From a virus (taxonomy: Duplodnaviria; Heunggongvirae; Uroviricota; Caudoviricetes), in IMG/VR virus record IMGVR_UViG_3300048586_000134, positions 25,703 to 89,702 of that record: DNA of 64,000 nucleotides; one strand, 5' to 3'. The notes beneath the pieces were generated by a model. The model made no database searches. It was not told the origin of the DNA and saw only the letters and a list, made by a program, of their open reading frames with translations. Below are positions 55,230 through 62,435 of this stretch, piece after piece. The position numbers and the translations under genes are program-made. Positions within the stretch are counted from its first letter, which is position 1. Every line of letters starts with the position of its first letter.

Positions 55230-55970
55230 TTAGTAGCCGAAGATACCAAGATGTGACTCAAAGTAGCCGTGCTGAATCTGCCACATCGCCCACTGTAGCA
55301 CGAATGGCCGATACCCGTTCTGTCGCGCCCACTCGACCAGCGTAGCCTCAAGCATGCGATAGGGCACTTTGTTGACCGTCATGCTTGTCGCCGTGATGCC
55401 ACCCACGAACGATTGTAGCATCCTCAGCATGTGCACGTCAAGTGTGAACACATCGGCGTCACCGTTGAACAAGGCAACCGCCATTGCCGCCGTTTTCTCG
55501 CCCACGTTCCGCAACTTTCCTTGTTTCTTTAGGGCCAGTAGGTTATCCTTCGTCATATCCTCTGGCTCAATGTTGCGGATCGTGTCAAGCGATGTGAAGA
55601 TACCGCGTGCAGCCCCGCCAGCCGTCACCCATGACATCGCGCCGTCGTTCGTCAGGATACGGTAGACATCATCGACCGTCTCGAAGTTGTCATACAACCG
55701 ATCCATGATCCTGCGAGTCGCCGCGACATTGTGACCGAACCAGCATTGCGGTGATATTATCGCGAACACCAGCGACGTTTGAGCGTGCAGTATCGCGTCC
55801 TGTTCTCGCAGTGCATCCATGACTGCCACTTCAGCCGCGATTGCATCCACGTTCGCGTCAATCTCTGGCTTGATGCGTTCCATGTGATTGTTCAGCACCA
55901 GCAGGATACGTGCCGCATCCTCAGCCTTGACCGTGTAGGATGCCTGATCGTGATTGCTAACGCTCGCCAT
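55230..55970 (-). CDS. HhH-GPD superfamily DNA glycosylase (endonuclease III-like)
   Basis: Helix-hairpin-helix plus catalytic Asp: ..LRNVGEKTAAMAVALFNGDADVFTLDVHMLRML.. Start corrected to MASVSNH. Confidence 0.5.
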   Translation of the reverse strand: MASVSNHDQASYTVKAEDAARILLVLNNHMERIKPEIDANVDAIAAEVAVMDALREQDAILHAQTSLVFAIISPQCWFGHNVAATRRIMDRLYDNFETVDDVYRILTNDGAMSWVTAGGAARGIFTSLDTIRNIEPEDMTKDNLLALKKQGKLRNVGEKTAAMAVALFNGDADVFTLDVHMLRMLQSFVGGITATSMTVNKVPYRMLEATLVEWARQNGYRPFVLQWAMWQIQHGYFESHLGIFGY

Positions 55971-56016
55971 GTCTGTACCCTTCCTCGTTCGTGCCAGCCC
56001 ATCGCTGACACTCTCA

Positions 56017-56045
56017 CTATCGCACATCCTCAGCAGGTTGTCAAG
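56017..56045 (-). promoter_or_regulatory. array promoter TTGACA-17-GATAGT
   Basis: Read on the - strand. Confidence 0.5.
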
Positions 56046-56061
56046 TGCTCGTTTGTCGTTT

Positions 56062-56187
56062 GCGCTACAACCCTCCTGCCAGCCAGCCCACTAGTATCAC
56101 CAGCCCATACAACACGCTCGGCACCACCACCCAAGCGATGTTCTGATTGCGAGTCCACTTTTTCGGCGGATAGTGCTTCATGATCGG
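56062..56187 (-). CDS. small membrane protein (~42 aa, below track cutoff)
   Basis: Hand-translated as MAPIMKHYPPKKWTRNQNIAWVVVPSVLYGLVILVGWLAGGL. Confidence 0.3.
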
Positions 56188-56214
56188 TGCCATTGCCTCT
56201 CCTCGCTTGTGTCT

Positions 56215-56243
56215 ACTCTACCAGCCTGTCAAGCGTTTGTCAA
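56215..56243 (-). promoter_or_regulatory. array promoter TTGACA-17-TAGAGT (two overlapping TTGACA hexamers)
   Basis: Read on the - strand. Confidence 0.5.
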
Positions 56244-56344
56244 CCCGCACCGCAGATGCTCAGGACCGTAGCAACTATCACCCACAAGAGAATGAAGATT
56301 GCCGCACCAGTGAGAAGATACCCGATACGCTGTCCGATGCTCAT
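56240..56344 (-). CDS. small membrane protein (~34 aa, below track cutoff)
   Basis: Hand-translated as MSIGQRIGYLLTGAAIFILLWVIVATVLSICGAG. Its TGA stop overlaps the next -35. Confidence 0.3.
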   Translation of the reverse strand: MSIGQRIGYLLTGAAIFILLWVIVATVLSICGAG

Positions 56345-56375
56345 TGCATCCTCCCTGTCTCGCTACCGTGCCACC

Positions 56376-56404
56376 ACTCTAGCACGGTAGCGCCGTCTTG
56401 TCAA
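56376..56404 (-). promoter_or_regulatory. array promoter TTGACA-17-TAGAGT
   Basis: Read on the - strand. An upstream GTAGCGGCGACTAC hairpin carries the TAG stop of 56415..56741. Confidence 0.6.
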
Positions 56405-56414
56405 GTAGTCGCCG

Positions 56415-56741
56415 CTACTCGATCCAAACGACCTTCGCGGGAATGCTCCAATCAATCGCGTCTGCCAGTTGATAGAGCCGCTGTCCCTGTACGATCACCT
56501 GAAAGTGATTGATGAGTGCCGCCGTGTAGTCCGTGCGACTGAATGGCACATACTTCGCGTTTAGGTCAACCGTCCCGATGCAATCCTCAATCGTCCCGCG
56601 TATCGCGGCCAGCGTCTTCCCTCGCTTGACATCGTTATCGTAGCTAAATGAATTGATACCCTTCAGGTTGTCCAGCACGTCCTCGAAGTGCACGATAGCG
56701 TCCGCGAGAATGTCGTTACCGAACAATTGATCGACCGTCAT
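56415..56741 (-). CDS. hypothetical protein
   Basis: 108-aa ORF. Confidence 0.45.
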   Translation of the reverse strand: MTVDQLFGNDILADAIVHFEDVLDNLKGINSFSYDNDVKRGKTLAAIRGTIEDCIGTVDLNAKYVPFSRTDYTAALINHFQVIVQGQRLYQLADAIDWSIPAKVVWIE

Positions 56742-56786
56742 GACCGTTCTCCCTCGCTAGTGGCACCGTCTCTCGATGCCACTAGC

Positions 56787-56815
56787 ACTGTACCAGACTG
56801 CCAAACGTTTGTCAA
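56787..56815 (-). promoter_or_regulatory. array promoter TTGACA-17-TACAGT followed by leader hairpin
   Basis: Read on the - strand. The leader contains GCTAGTGGCA..TGCCACTAGC. Confidence 0.6.
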
Positions 56816-56825
56816 GTAGTCCGTG

Positions 56826-57104
56826 CTACGGATGCAGTGGCAGCACCACCGTGTCCGTATCGTGTGCATTCCCGCGCTCGTCCGTCGCGACCGTCATGAG
56901 CGTGTACATCGTGGCGTCCACATTATTACGCCACATACAATACCGCAACACCGTATCCTCGCCCACGACTTCGCTGATGTTGACCCCGATCACTTCCTTA
57001 TTGTCAATCAGCAACCTGCCCATGTCCAGCGCCGTTGTGCGTGACTGCAAGAGAACGGGAAACGCGTGCGGCTTGTCCTTGACCATCACGATAACCTGAT
57101 ACAT
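56826..57104 (-). CDS. hypothetical protein
   Basis: 92-aa ORF. Confidence 0.45.
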   Translation of the reverse strand: MYQVIVMVKDKPHAFPVLLQSRTTALDMGRLLIDNKEVIGVNISEVVGEDTVLRYCMWRNNVDATMYTLMTVATDERGNAHDTDTVVLPLHP

Positions 57105-57140
57105 GGTGCCTCTCCTCGCTTGTCTCGCTCGACTGTTACC

Positions 57141-57169
57141 ACTCTACCAGACACGGATCAGATTGTCAA
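57141..57169 (-). promoter_or_regulatory. array promoter TTGACA-17-TAGAGT
   Basis: Read on the - strand. Confidence 0.55.
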
Positions 57170-57439
57170 TGCCTCGCTTGTCGCGTTCGCTACATCGAAT
57201 GTCGTTTGCAGCGCCAGCGTCCGACCGTCGCACGTCGTCACGTATTCCCACATGACGCCCGTATTTTCGTGCGAGTCGCGATACAGTTGACGGACCCGAT
57301 GTTCACCCTCGTAAAGTATCGCGCCGTCACAATCGGGAGATGCCACCACCATTTTCGCCAGCGTGGTAGCCGCCGCTACCGTGTCCACATCGAACCGCAT
57401 CAGGCTACCCGACTTGCTGCGAACGTCCACCGTAATCAT
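57158..57439 (-). CDS. hypothetical protein (start MITVDVRSK..)
   Basis: RBS GAGGGAGTGCGGTC precedes the ATG. Confidence 0.45.
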   Translation of the reverse strand: MITVDVRSKSGSLMRFDVDTVAAATTLAKMVVASPDCDGAILYEGEHRVRQLYRDSHENTGVMWEYVTTCDGRTLALQTTFDVANATSEALTI

Positions 57440-57476
57440 GACCGCACTCCCTCGCTTGCTTGCCTCGACTGTCACC

Positions 57477-57505
57477 ATTCTAGCAGGTTGCTTGTCGGTT
57501 GTCAA
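57477..57505 (-). promoter_or_regulatory. array promoter TTGACA-17-TAGAAT
   Basis: Read on the - strand. Confidence 0.55.
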
Positions 57506-57852
57506 CCCCCAATCTGTAGCCTGCACGACAGTCGCATATCAGCCAGTGCGTACATCGCACGTCCGAACTCGCTCACGCATGGTAGCGGAAGATACGCGTC
57601 TCGACCGTCCTTCTTGATGCCGACAATCCACGCCAGCGGAATAAATGTCTGCTCGTAATAGACTACTATACCTAGGTGGCCGTCGTGTGTCGCGCCGACA
57701 CTTTGCTCCTTGATGAAATCCTTACTCACGTCAAACAAATCGCTCAGCTTTTCTTTTGCCTCGTCAATGGCCGTGTACTCGTCCCGTAGTCGATCCTCGC
57801 TGAATGATGCCGCGCCAACAAAGTGCAGTTTACCGTCTTTCCAGTTGACCAT
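57502..57852 (-). CDS. hypothetical protein (start MVNWKDGK..)
   Basis: RBS GGGAGAACGGTC precedes the ATG. Confidence 0.45.
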   Translation of the reverse strand: MVNWKDGKLHFVGAASFSEDRLRDEYTAIDEAKEKLSDLFDVSKDFIKEQSVGATHDGHLGIVVYYEQTFIPLAWIVGIKKDGRDAYLPLPCVSEFGRAMYALADMRLSCRLQIGG

Positions 57853-57895
57853 GACCGTTCTCCCTTGTGAGTGCAGCCCCGACTTGACTGCACTC

Positions 57896-57924
57896 ACTCT
57901 ACCATGCCTGAATCCCGTTGTCAA
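57896..57924 (-). promoter_or_regulatory. array promoter TTGACA-17-TAGAGT followed by leader hairpin
   Basis: Read on the - strand. The leader contains GAGTGCAG..CTGCACTC. Confidence 0.6.
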
Positions 57925-57934
57925 GTAGTCCGTG

Positions 57935-58141
57935 CTACTTGACTTTCACGATCACGCCGTCTTTCAGTTCCACTTCAGCGTACCACTTGTGGTATTCAGC
58001 AGGGCCAGAAATAAACTCCCTGCCATTGCGCGGTGGAGCCTGAAAGAGATAGTAACTCTCGTCAAGTACCACGCGCTCGCCCTTCGCGACCGCTTCCTTG
58101 AATGCCTTCTTGCTCTTGAAGTCAGGAATGATGTGCGCCAT
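57935..58141 (-). CDS. hypothetical protein
   Basis: 68-aa ORF preceded by GGGAGAACGATC. Confidence 0.45.
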   Translation of the reverse strand: MAHIIPDFKSKKAFKEAVAKGERVVLDESYYLFQAPPRNGREFISGPAEYHKWYAEVELKDGVIVKVK

Positions 58142-58188
58142 GATCGTTCTCCCTTGTGTGAGTGTGACCGTCCCTCGACCACACTCAC

Positions 58189-58217
58189 ACTATACCATGC
58201 TGCCAGCCAGTTGTCAA
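58189..58217 (-). promoter_or_regulatory. array promoter TTGACA-17-TATAGT followed by 11-bp-stem leader hairpin
   Basis: Read on the - strand. The leader contains GTGTGAGTGTG..CACACTCACAC. Confidence 0.6.
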
Positions 58218-58222
58218 GTAGC

Positions 58223-58762
58223 CTAGGCGACAATCTCCTCCACGTCTGCCGCCGTTGGAGCCTTACCCCATGCGGGTATCGGTACATAGGTCACACTATA
58301 GCCACCGCTCGACCGTGACACAAGCACCGCGTCCCGCCAGATATAGGCCAGTTGGTAGCCCTTGCTACGCAGCGTGGCAATCGAACGCTTGTTCCACACT
58401 ATCGTGCCGTCATCCTGCACGTCCCGACGCGGAATGCTCAACCATGCCACCGCATCGCCCGTAGGTTGCCCACGCTCATCCCATGCGCTTGTGACCAGCC
58501 ACTTAGGTCCGTACCGTGTCTCCACAATCTTACACGGTACAGGATTGCCTGTCAAGTCCACCAGACCCTCGAAATCGTAGCGTCCGTTACTTTCGGCCAG
58601 TGTCGCCGCCAGATCGTATGCGCGGGCCATTGTGTCGCTCGCCCACTGCGAGAGAAAACCGTCAGTATCAGACCGCTCGAAAGAATCCTCGGACGACTTC
58701 CGCGATGCGCGTGCCATTGCGCGGAACTCATCAGCCGTGTGATCGATCTTGATGACGCTCAT
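58223..58762 (-). CDS. hypothetical protein
   Basis: 179-aa ORF. Confidence 0.45.
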   Translation of the reverse strand: MSVIKIDHTADEFRAMARASRKSSEDSFERSDTDGFLSQWASDTMARAYDLAATLAESNGRYDFEGLVDLTGNPVPCKIVETRYGPKWLVTSAWDERGQPTGDAVAWLSIPRRDVQDDGTIVWNKRSIATLRSKGYQLAYIWRDAVLVSRSSGGYSVTYVPIPAWGKAPTAADVEEIVA

Positions 58763-58806
58763 TGAGATTCTCCCCGCTAGTGCAGCCGTCCCTCGACTGC
58801 ACTAGC

Positions 58807-58835
58807 ATCATAGCACGTCCGACCGTCCCTGTCAA
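58807..58835 (-). promoter_or_regulatory. array promoter TTGACA-17-TATGAT followed by leader hairpin
   Basis: Read on the - strand. The leader contains GCTAGTGCAG..CTGCACTAGC. Confidence 0.6.
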
Positions 58836-58845
58836 GTAGTCGCCG

Positions 58846-59217
58846 CTACACCGCGTATTGCTTGCCCCAATTCCATGACGGCTCACCCTCGTTCTCGTTG
58901 CGCGTGAACTCCTGAATGAAGCGGCGATCACCGCTCACATTGTAGGTTGCCAGCACGAAACCGTCATGTGTGTTGTCGATGATGCGACCGCCGCAATCGT
59001 TGTCCGTGGCATAGCGTACACCATACCGCGTCATGGTGTCAAGCGCATCGGAGTAGTCCTTGCTACCCTTGATCGTGGCGATGACGCGTGGCGTGCCATT
59101 CTCCCAGCGGTTGAACTCGACTACGAAACACTCGCACACGAGATAGTTTGCCGCGTCAAGTGTCTGGCCGCAACCTTCGCAGAATCCCATGACCGTCCTC
59201 CCTTGTGGCGTAGCCAA
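58846..59217 (-). CDS. hypothetical Cys-containing protein
   Basis: 123-aa ORF. Confidence 0.45.
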   Translation of the reverse strand: MATPQGRTVMGFCEGCGQTLDAANYLVCECFVVEFNRWENGTPRVIATIKGSKDYSDALDTMTRYGVRYATDNDCGGRIIDNTHDGFVLATYNVSGDRRFIQEFTRNENEGEPSWNWGKQYAV

Positions 59218-59232
59218 CTCGACTACGCCACT

Positions 59233-59261
59233 ACTCTACCACGTCCGACCGATGCTGTCAA
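59233..59261 (-). promoter_or_regulatory. array promoter TTGACA-17-TAGAGT
   Basis: Read on the - strand. Confidence 0.6.
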
Positions 59262-59271
59262 GTAGTCTCGA

Positions 59272-59604
59272 CTACCAGCGGATCGCCCCGCGCTCAGCCC
59301 CGCGACCGCCGTTCTCATCCGCCCACGCGTTCCAGTGATCGCGATAGTTGATGATCGTATCAAAGTCAAGCGGTCGCCGCATGCACTGAATGGGCCGATA
59401 CTTATAGTCCACAAGTTTGCCGTTCGATGCGCGATAGGTGACGTATGGCTCATCCGTTCGCCATATCCGCGTTATGAACGATCCCGCTTTGAGCATAGCA
59501 TATGCTTGTGGCAGTGTCAAGCCGTCAATCGTTCGGCGGATGTGACCCTGATTCTCGACCGCCAGCACCACGGACGCCGCGTACATACCCTGAGCCTTCT
59601 TCAC
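59272..59604 (-). CDS. hypothetical protein (probable GTG start within conserved GGAGAACGGTC-GTG block)
   Basis: The track ORF start lies upstream of the promoter. The conserved RBS/start block places the start at a GTG. Confidence 0.4.
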   Translation of the reverse strand: MKKAQGMYAASVVLAVENQGHIRRTIDGLTLPQAYAMLKAGSFITRIWRTDEPYVTYRASNGKLVDYKYRPIQCMRRPLDFDTIINYRDHWNAWADENGGRGAERGAIRW

Positions 59605-59646
59605 GACCGTTCTCCTTCGTGGCACGATCCCGATTGACCGTGCCAC

Positions 59647-59675
59647 CACTTTACCACCGTTCCGACCGTCTGTCA
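59647..59675 (-). promoter_or_regulatory. array promoter TTGACA-17-TAAAGT
   Basis: Read on the - strand. Confidence 0.5.
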
Positions 59676-59701
59676 AGTCCCCAGCGTAGCGCCGACTACT
59701 T

Positions 59702-59821
59702 TCGTGCATTCTTTTCCTTCACGAGACAAACTTCGCACAGTTCGGGATTCTCGCGAGTGCACCCACACGAGCCGCACTCCACACACGCGAGATTGTCAAG
59801 ATCGACCGTGCTCATGATCCT
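59702..59821 (-). CDS. small zinc-finger protein (39 aa, below track cutoff)
   Basis: Hand-translated as MSTVDLDNLACVECGSCGCTRENPELCEVCLVKEKNARK. The TAG stop lies inside the GTAGTCGGCGCTAC hairpin. Confidence 0.35.
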
Positions 59822-59875
59822 ACTCCCTGCTAACTATCCCTGAGCGACCATCGCTCATTGGTGGGCTACGTGAGT

Positions 59876-59904
59876 AGCATAGCCCACGGATGAGAGATTG
59901 TCAA
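59876..59904 (-). promoter_or_regulatory. array promoter TTGACA-17-TATGCT followed by leader hairpin
   Basis: Read on the - strand. The leader contains GAGCGATGGTCGCTC. Confidence 0.55.
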
Positions 59905-59923
59905 GACCCTAGTGTAGCGCCGA

Positions 59924-60185
59924 CTACTTCGACAATTCTTCCAGCCGATTTTGAGCACGCATCGCCGCCGACTGATAGTAATAGGCCCGAATAATTGCCA
60001 TGCCGCGCTCGACCGTCACCTGAGCGAGCATGTGTATCTCAGTGAGTGCCATATTTTCGTTCGCGTTGAATACGAAAAGCCGCATTTTGCCCGTATTTTC
60101 GTCAATTTGAACGCGGCCTACTGGTTCGCCACCGAATCCCTTGACGCGGATAACTTTCTCAGTGTCAAGAATCGTGCCAGACATT
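59924..60185 (-). CDS. hypothetical protein (start MSGTILD.., RBS GGGAGG)
   Basis: The upstream part of the track ORF contains the promoter. Confidence 0.45.
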
Positions 60186-60239
60186 GCGCGTGCCTCCCGT
60201 TTGTTCGTGTGAGTGACCATCACTCTCGATTGTGCTAGC

Positions 60240-60268
60240 ATGCTAGCACAATGGGGAACGATTGTCAA
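60240..60268 (-). promoter_or_regulatory. array promoter TTGACA-17-TAGCAT overlapping the 20-bp perfect palindrome TGTGCTAGCATGCTAGCACA
   Basis: Read on the - strand. A leader hairpin GAGTGATGGTCACTC follows. Confidence 0.6.
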
Positions 60269-60287
60269 GTGCCAAGTGTAGCGCCGA

Positions 60288-60458
60288 CTACGCGAGTCGT
60301 GCATGCTCGCCGCGATTCGCGGAGTAGAGTGCCAGCGTAATGCCGACATACTTTCGGCGCAGAAAGTTTAGGACGTTCTCGGCTTCGTCGCGCCGCGTGC
60401 CATTGTGGAGAATCGCATCGGGAGAAAAGTTTTCACCGATAACCACATGGTACGTCAT
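60288..60458 (-). CDS. small hypothetical protein (start MTYHVVIGE..)
   Basis: RBS AGGAG precedes the ATG. It is the last gene of the leftward array. Confidence 0.4.
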   Translation of the reverse strand: MTYHVVIGENFSPDAILHNGTRRDEAENVLNFLRRKYVGITLALYSANRGEHARLA

Positions 60459-60516
60459 GACCAGACTCCTGACTAGAACGGATGTGCGAGTGACCATCAC
60501 TCTCACTAACGCTACC

Positions 60517-60545
60517 AGTGTAGCACTAGTGAGAATGATTGTCAA
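60517..60545 (-). promoter_or_regulatory. array promoter TTGACA-17-TACACT followed by leader hairpin
   Basis: Read on the - strand. It is the outermost promoter of the leftward array. The leader contains GAGAGTGATGGTCACTCG. Confidence 0.55.
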
Positions 60546-60789
60546 GTCTCTTGCGAGACTCGCATCATTCCCGATGGTAGCTTGCGCTACCGTAGGAAGA
60601 TGGTCCTATCTGTCAACTAGGACCATTGCGCTATTCGATGTCACGTTCTTCTTGTGTACGTTCGCCTTCGTTTCGATAGCCAGAGCCGTTATGTTGGCTA
60701 CCACGAACGTACACTCAGAGCGTCAACACTCCAGAGCGCTAAGTTGTCAATGTGCCCATAGAGTCAGCTAAGCGTCCCTCAGTAGTCCG

Positions 60790-61055
60790 TACTACTCACT
60801 AGCTCGCGCCTCCCCCCCTTACCATAACGGACGCTTACGCGTGGTAGCTATGGCAGACGAGTTACAAACATTCGCGAGTTTCCACGAGTAGTCGTGGCTA
60901 CGTCCCTCAGCAGAGCGGACTATGCGCTATGTCGCATGAAGTCAGATAGGTCAGGCCGTTCAATCAGAGAGTGAGCCATCGATGGTAGTCATGCGTTCGC
61001 GTGTCCGTTTCACCACGCGTTCGGCTTACCGCGACCATCGGTGCACCGTGCTATG
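60790..61055 (-). ncRNA. candidate structured non-coding RNA (promoter-driven, no ORF)
   Basis: A TTGACA-17-TAGTCT promoter at 61061-61089 points into ~270 bp with no ORF of 30 aa or more in any frame. The region is dense in short hairpins (CCACGAGTAGTCGTGG, GTAGTCCGTACTAC, ATGCGCTATGTCGCAT, CACCGATGGTCGCGG). Fold and exact ends were not determined. Confidence 0.25.
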
Positions 61056-61060
61056 TGAGT

Positions 61061-61089
61061 AGACTAGCAGAGAATCAGCGCCGTGTCAA
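61061..61089 (-). promoter_or_regulatory. sigma70-like promoter TTGACA-17-TAGTCT
   Basis: Read on the - strand. Confidence 0.5.
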
Positions 61090-61094
61090 GAGAG

Positions 61095-61250
61095 TCAGGT
61101 AGCGTATGCAACAGAGCCGTAATTTTGCTTTGCGAAACAATCGGGGCGCTTACTTCATTCGGCGTGACGCGACTGTTTCCGTAGCTTGACCGCCGAAGCG
61201 GATTTTGTCTCTCGCCGTTCGGTTTCCCGTTCGGCTTGATGTGACTACTA
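61095..61250 (-). ncRNA. candidate small non-coding RNA with UUCG-tetraloop hairpin
   Basis: Lies downstream of the TTGACA at 61270-61275. It contains CCGC-UUCG-GCGG (plus-strand ccgccgaagcgg ~61191-61202) and repeated CCGAACGG. The only ORF (61064..61291) is low-complexity and starts upstream of the promoter. Confidence 0.2.
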
Positions 61251-61485
61251 TGCCATAGCATGAAACCATTGTCAAGCGGTTTCGCAGTCAATTCTAAAAT
61301 TGTTGCGCAACTTGACTACTACGACTCATACTCGAACGGATGTTCTACTAATCAGGATTGTGAGTGTTTATGTCAAGTTGTCTGATAGTAGAACAAATGT
61401 TCTAATCAGGGGATCATTAGCATGGTAAAGGACTTTACTTGGTAACTAACGATTAGTAAGTATGTATCTCTTGACTGACATTGTT

Positions 61486-61835
61486 TCGCAGCGCGTTGCG
61501 CGTGCGTATGTGCGCGTATGCGTATGCGCGTCTCGCACGCGTGCGCATGCATGCGCGTTGCGCGGTTCCAACGTGACGCGAAAAGCGACTCGTTAGCTAC
61601 GCAAAGCAAAGTTTCCTCGCGTATGCGCGTGCACGCGTGTGAGTGGCAGTTGTTGATATAAAACTCAAGATTAGTAATCTCGCAGCGTGCGTATGCGCGT
61701 GCACTGATTGTCGAGTTCTGGATAAAGAACTCAAGATTAGCAATGTAGATTGTTGACTTGTGGATCAACAACTGGCCGTTAGTTTTCTCGCGTGCGTCAC
61801 GCGTGCACGTATGCGCGTGCGAGGAGCTTAGCTAC
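61486..61835. repeat. four alternating purine-pyrimidine, palindrome-rich GC tracts built on GCGTGCGTATGCGCG (Z-DNA/cruciform-prone)
   Basis: The tracts are interleaved with direct repeats AACTCAAGATTAG[T/C]AAT (x2), GATTAGTAA (x3) and TTAGCTACGCAAAG[C/T]AAA (x2). Tract 61497-61531 is 35 bp of perfect R-Y alternation, then CGCACGCGTGCG and GCATGCATGC. Further copies lie at ~61615-61640, 61685-61704 and 61790-61821. Confidence 0.8.
61759..61767 (-). promoter_or_regulatory. DnaA-box-like 9-mer TGATCCACA (1 mismatch) inside inverted repeat TTGTTGA..TCAACAA
   Basis: Plus-strand tgtggatca. It is flanked by ttgttgacttgtggatcaacaa. Confidence 0.3.
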
Positions 61836-62204
61836 GCAAAGTAAATCGGCCCTATTACTTATCGTTACTAACCCCTAGAATCGCCTGTTTGGTGTCGTTA
61901 TGCGGTCACTAATGGTAGACATCATTTTACGCGTGGAATGCGCTTAGAATCGATTGTAGCGCCTTACAGACGTATCCTAGAATTGACGCCAACACCAAAA
62001 ATGCGGTCTTTTACCACGCTAAATAACAGCGTCACTGTTGTTGACTGCCACATAGGGCATTCTTTACTGTCCGTTACTGTCGTTGCTTTGATTCATAACG
62101 ATAAGTAATATCGATTTTGCCTCTTTTCTGACCCAACAGGATTGTTGACGGCCACTAATGAAACCTAACGCCGTTCGGATAGCCTAACGACGTTCGCTCA
62201 GGCA

Positions 62205-62235
62205 TGCGCGTGCGTGCGCGTGCGCGTGCGTAGCG
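62205..62235. repeat. fifth alternating purine-pyrimidine GC tract (GCATGCGCGTGCGTGCGCGTGCGCGTGCGTA)
   Basis: Read directly. Same family as the 61.5-61.8 kb tracts. Confidence 0.8.
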
Positions 62236-62426
62236 TTCGGTTTGGCGAACGTTGTTCGCTTATCCTAACGTTGTTCGGAGTAGGGTACAGTGTTAGGTAG
62301 AGTGGATTGTTTAGTTCTTTACTACTTACTTTATTTCTGCGCGTAGCTATCATAACGTGCGTCACTTACACAACGTTAGCGACCGAACGTTAGCTATGCT
62401 AAGCAAACTATCGCATCTCTCATTGT

Positions 62427-62435
62427 TGATCCACA
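62427..62435 (+). promoter_or_regulatory. DnaA-box-like 9-mer TGATCCACA (1 mismatch)
   Basis: Lies in ttgttgatccacaac, which is related to the 61759 element in the opposite orientation. Confidence 0.3.

Noticed and set aside
60745-60750. TTGACA at 60745 (- strand) as a further array promoter
   Set aside because: No TAnnnT at 16-19 bp (GTTGAC/GCTCTG instead) and no ORF downstream, so it was not called.
60790-61250. Positive identification of a Y RNA
   Set aside because: No Ro-binding helix (GGUCCGA/UUGACC-type) or tRNA-like module could be located by inspection, so only 'candidate ncRNA' is claimed.
61064-61291. Track ORF 61064..61291 (-), 75 aa
   Set aside because: Its start lies upstream of the TTGACA at 61270 and its composition is low-complexity (Pro/Ser/Asn-rich). 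The region is better explained as a structured non-coding transcript.
61486-62236. CRISPR array
   Set aside because: The GCGTGCGTATGCGCG-type repeats are irregular in length and spacing. There are no unique, similarly sized spacers between them and no cas genes. They are palindromic alternating purine-pyrimidine tracts instead.
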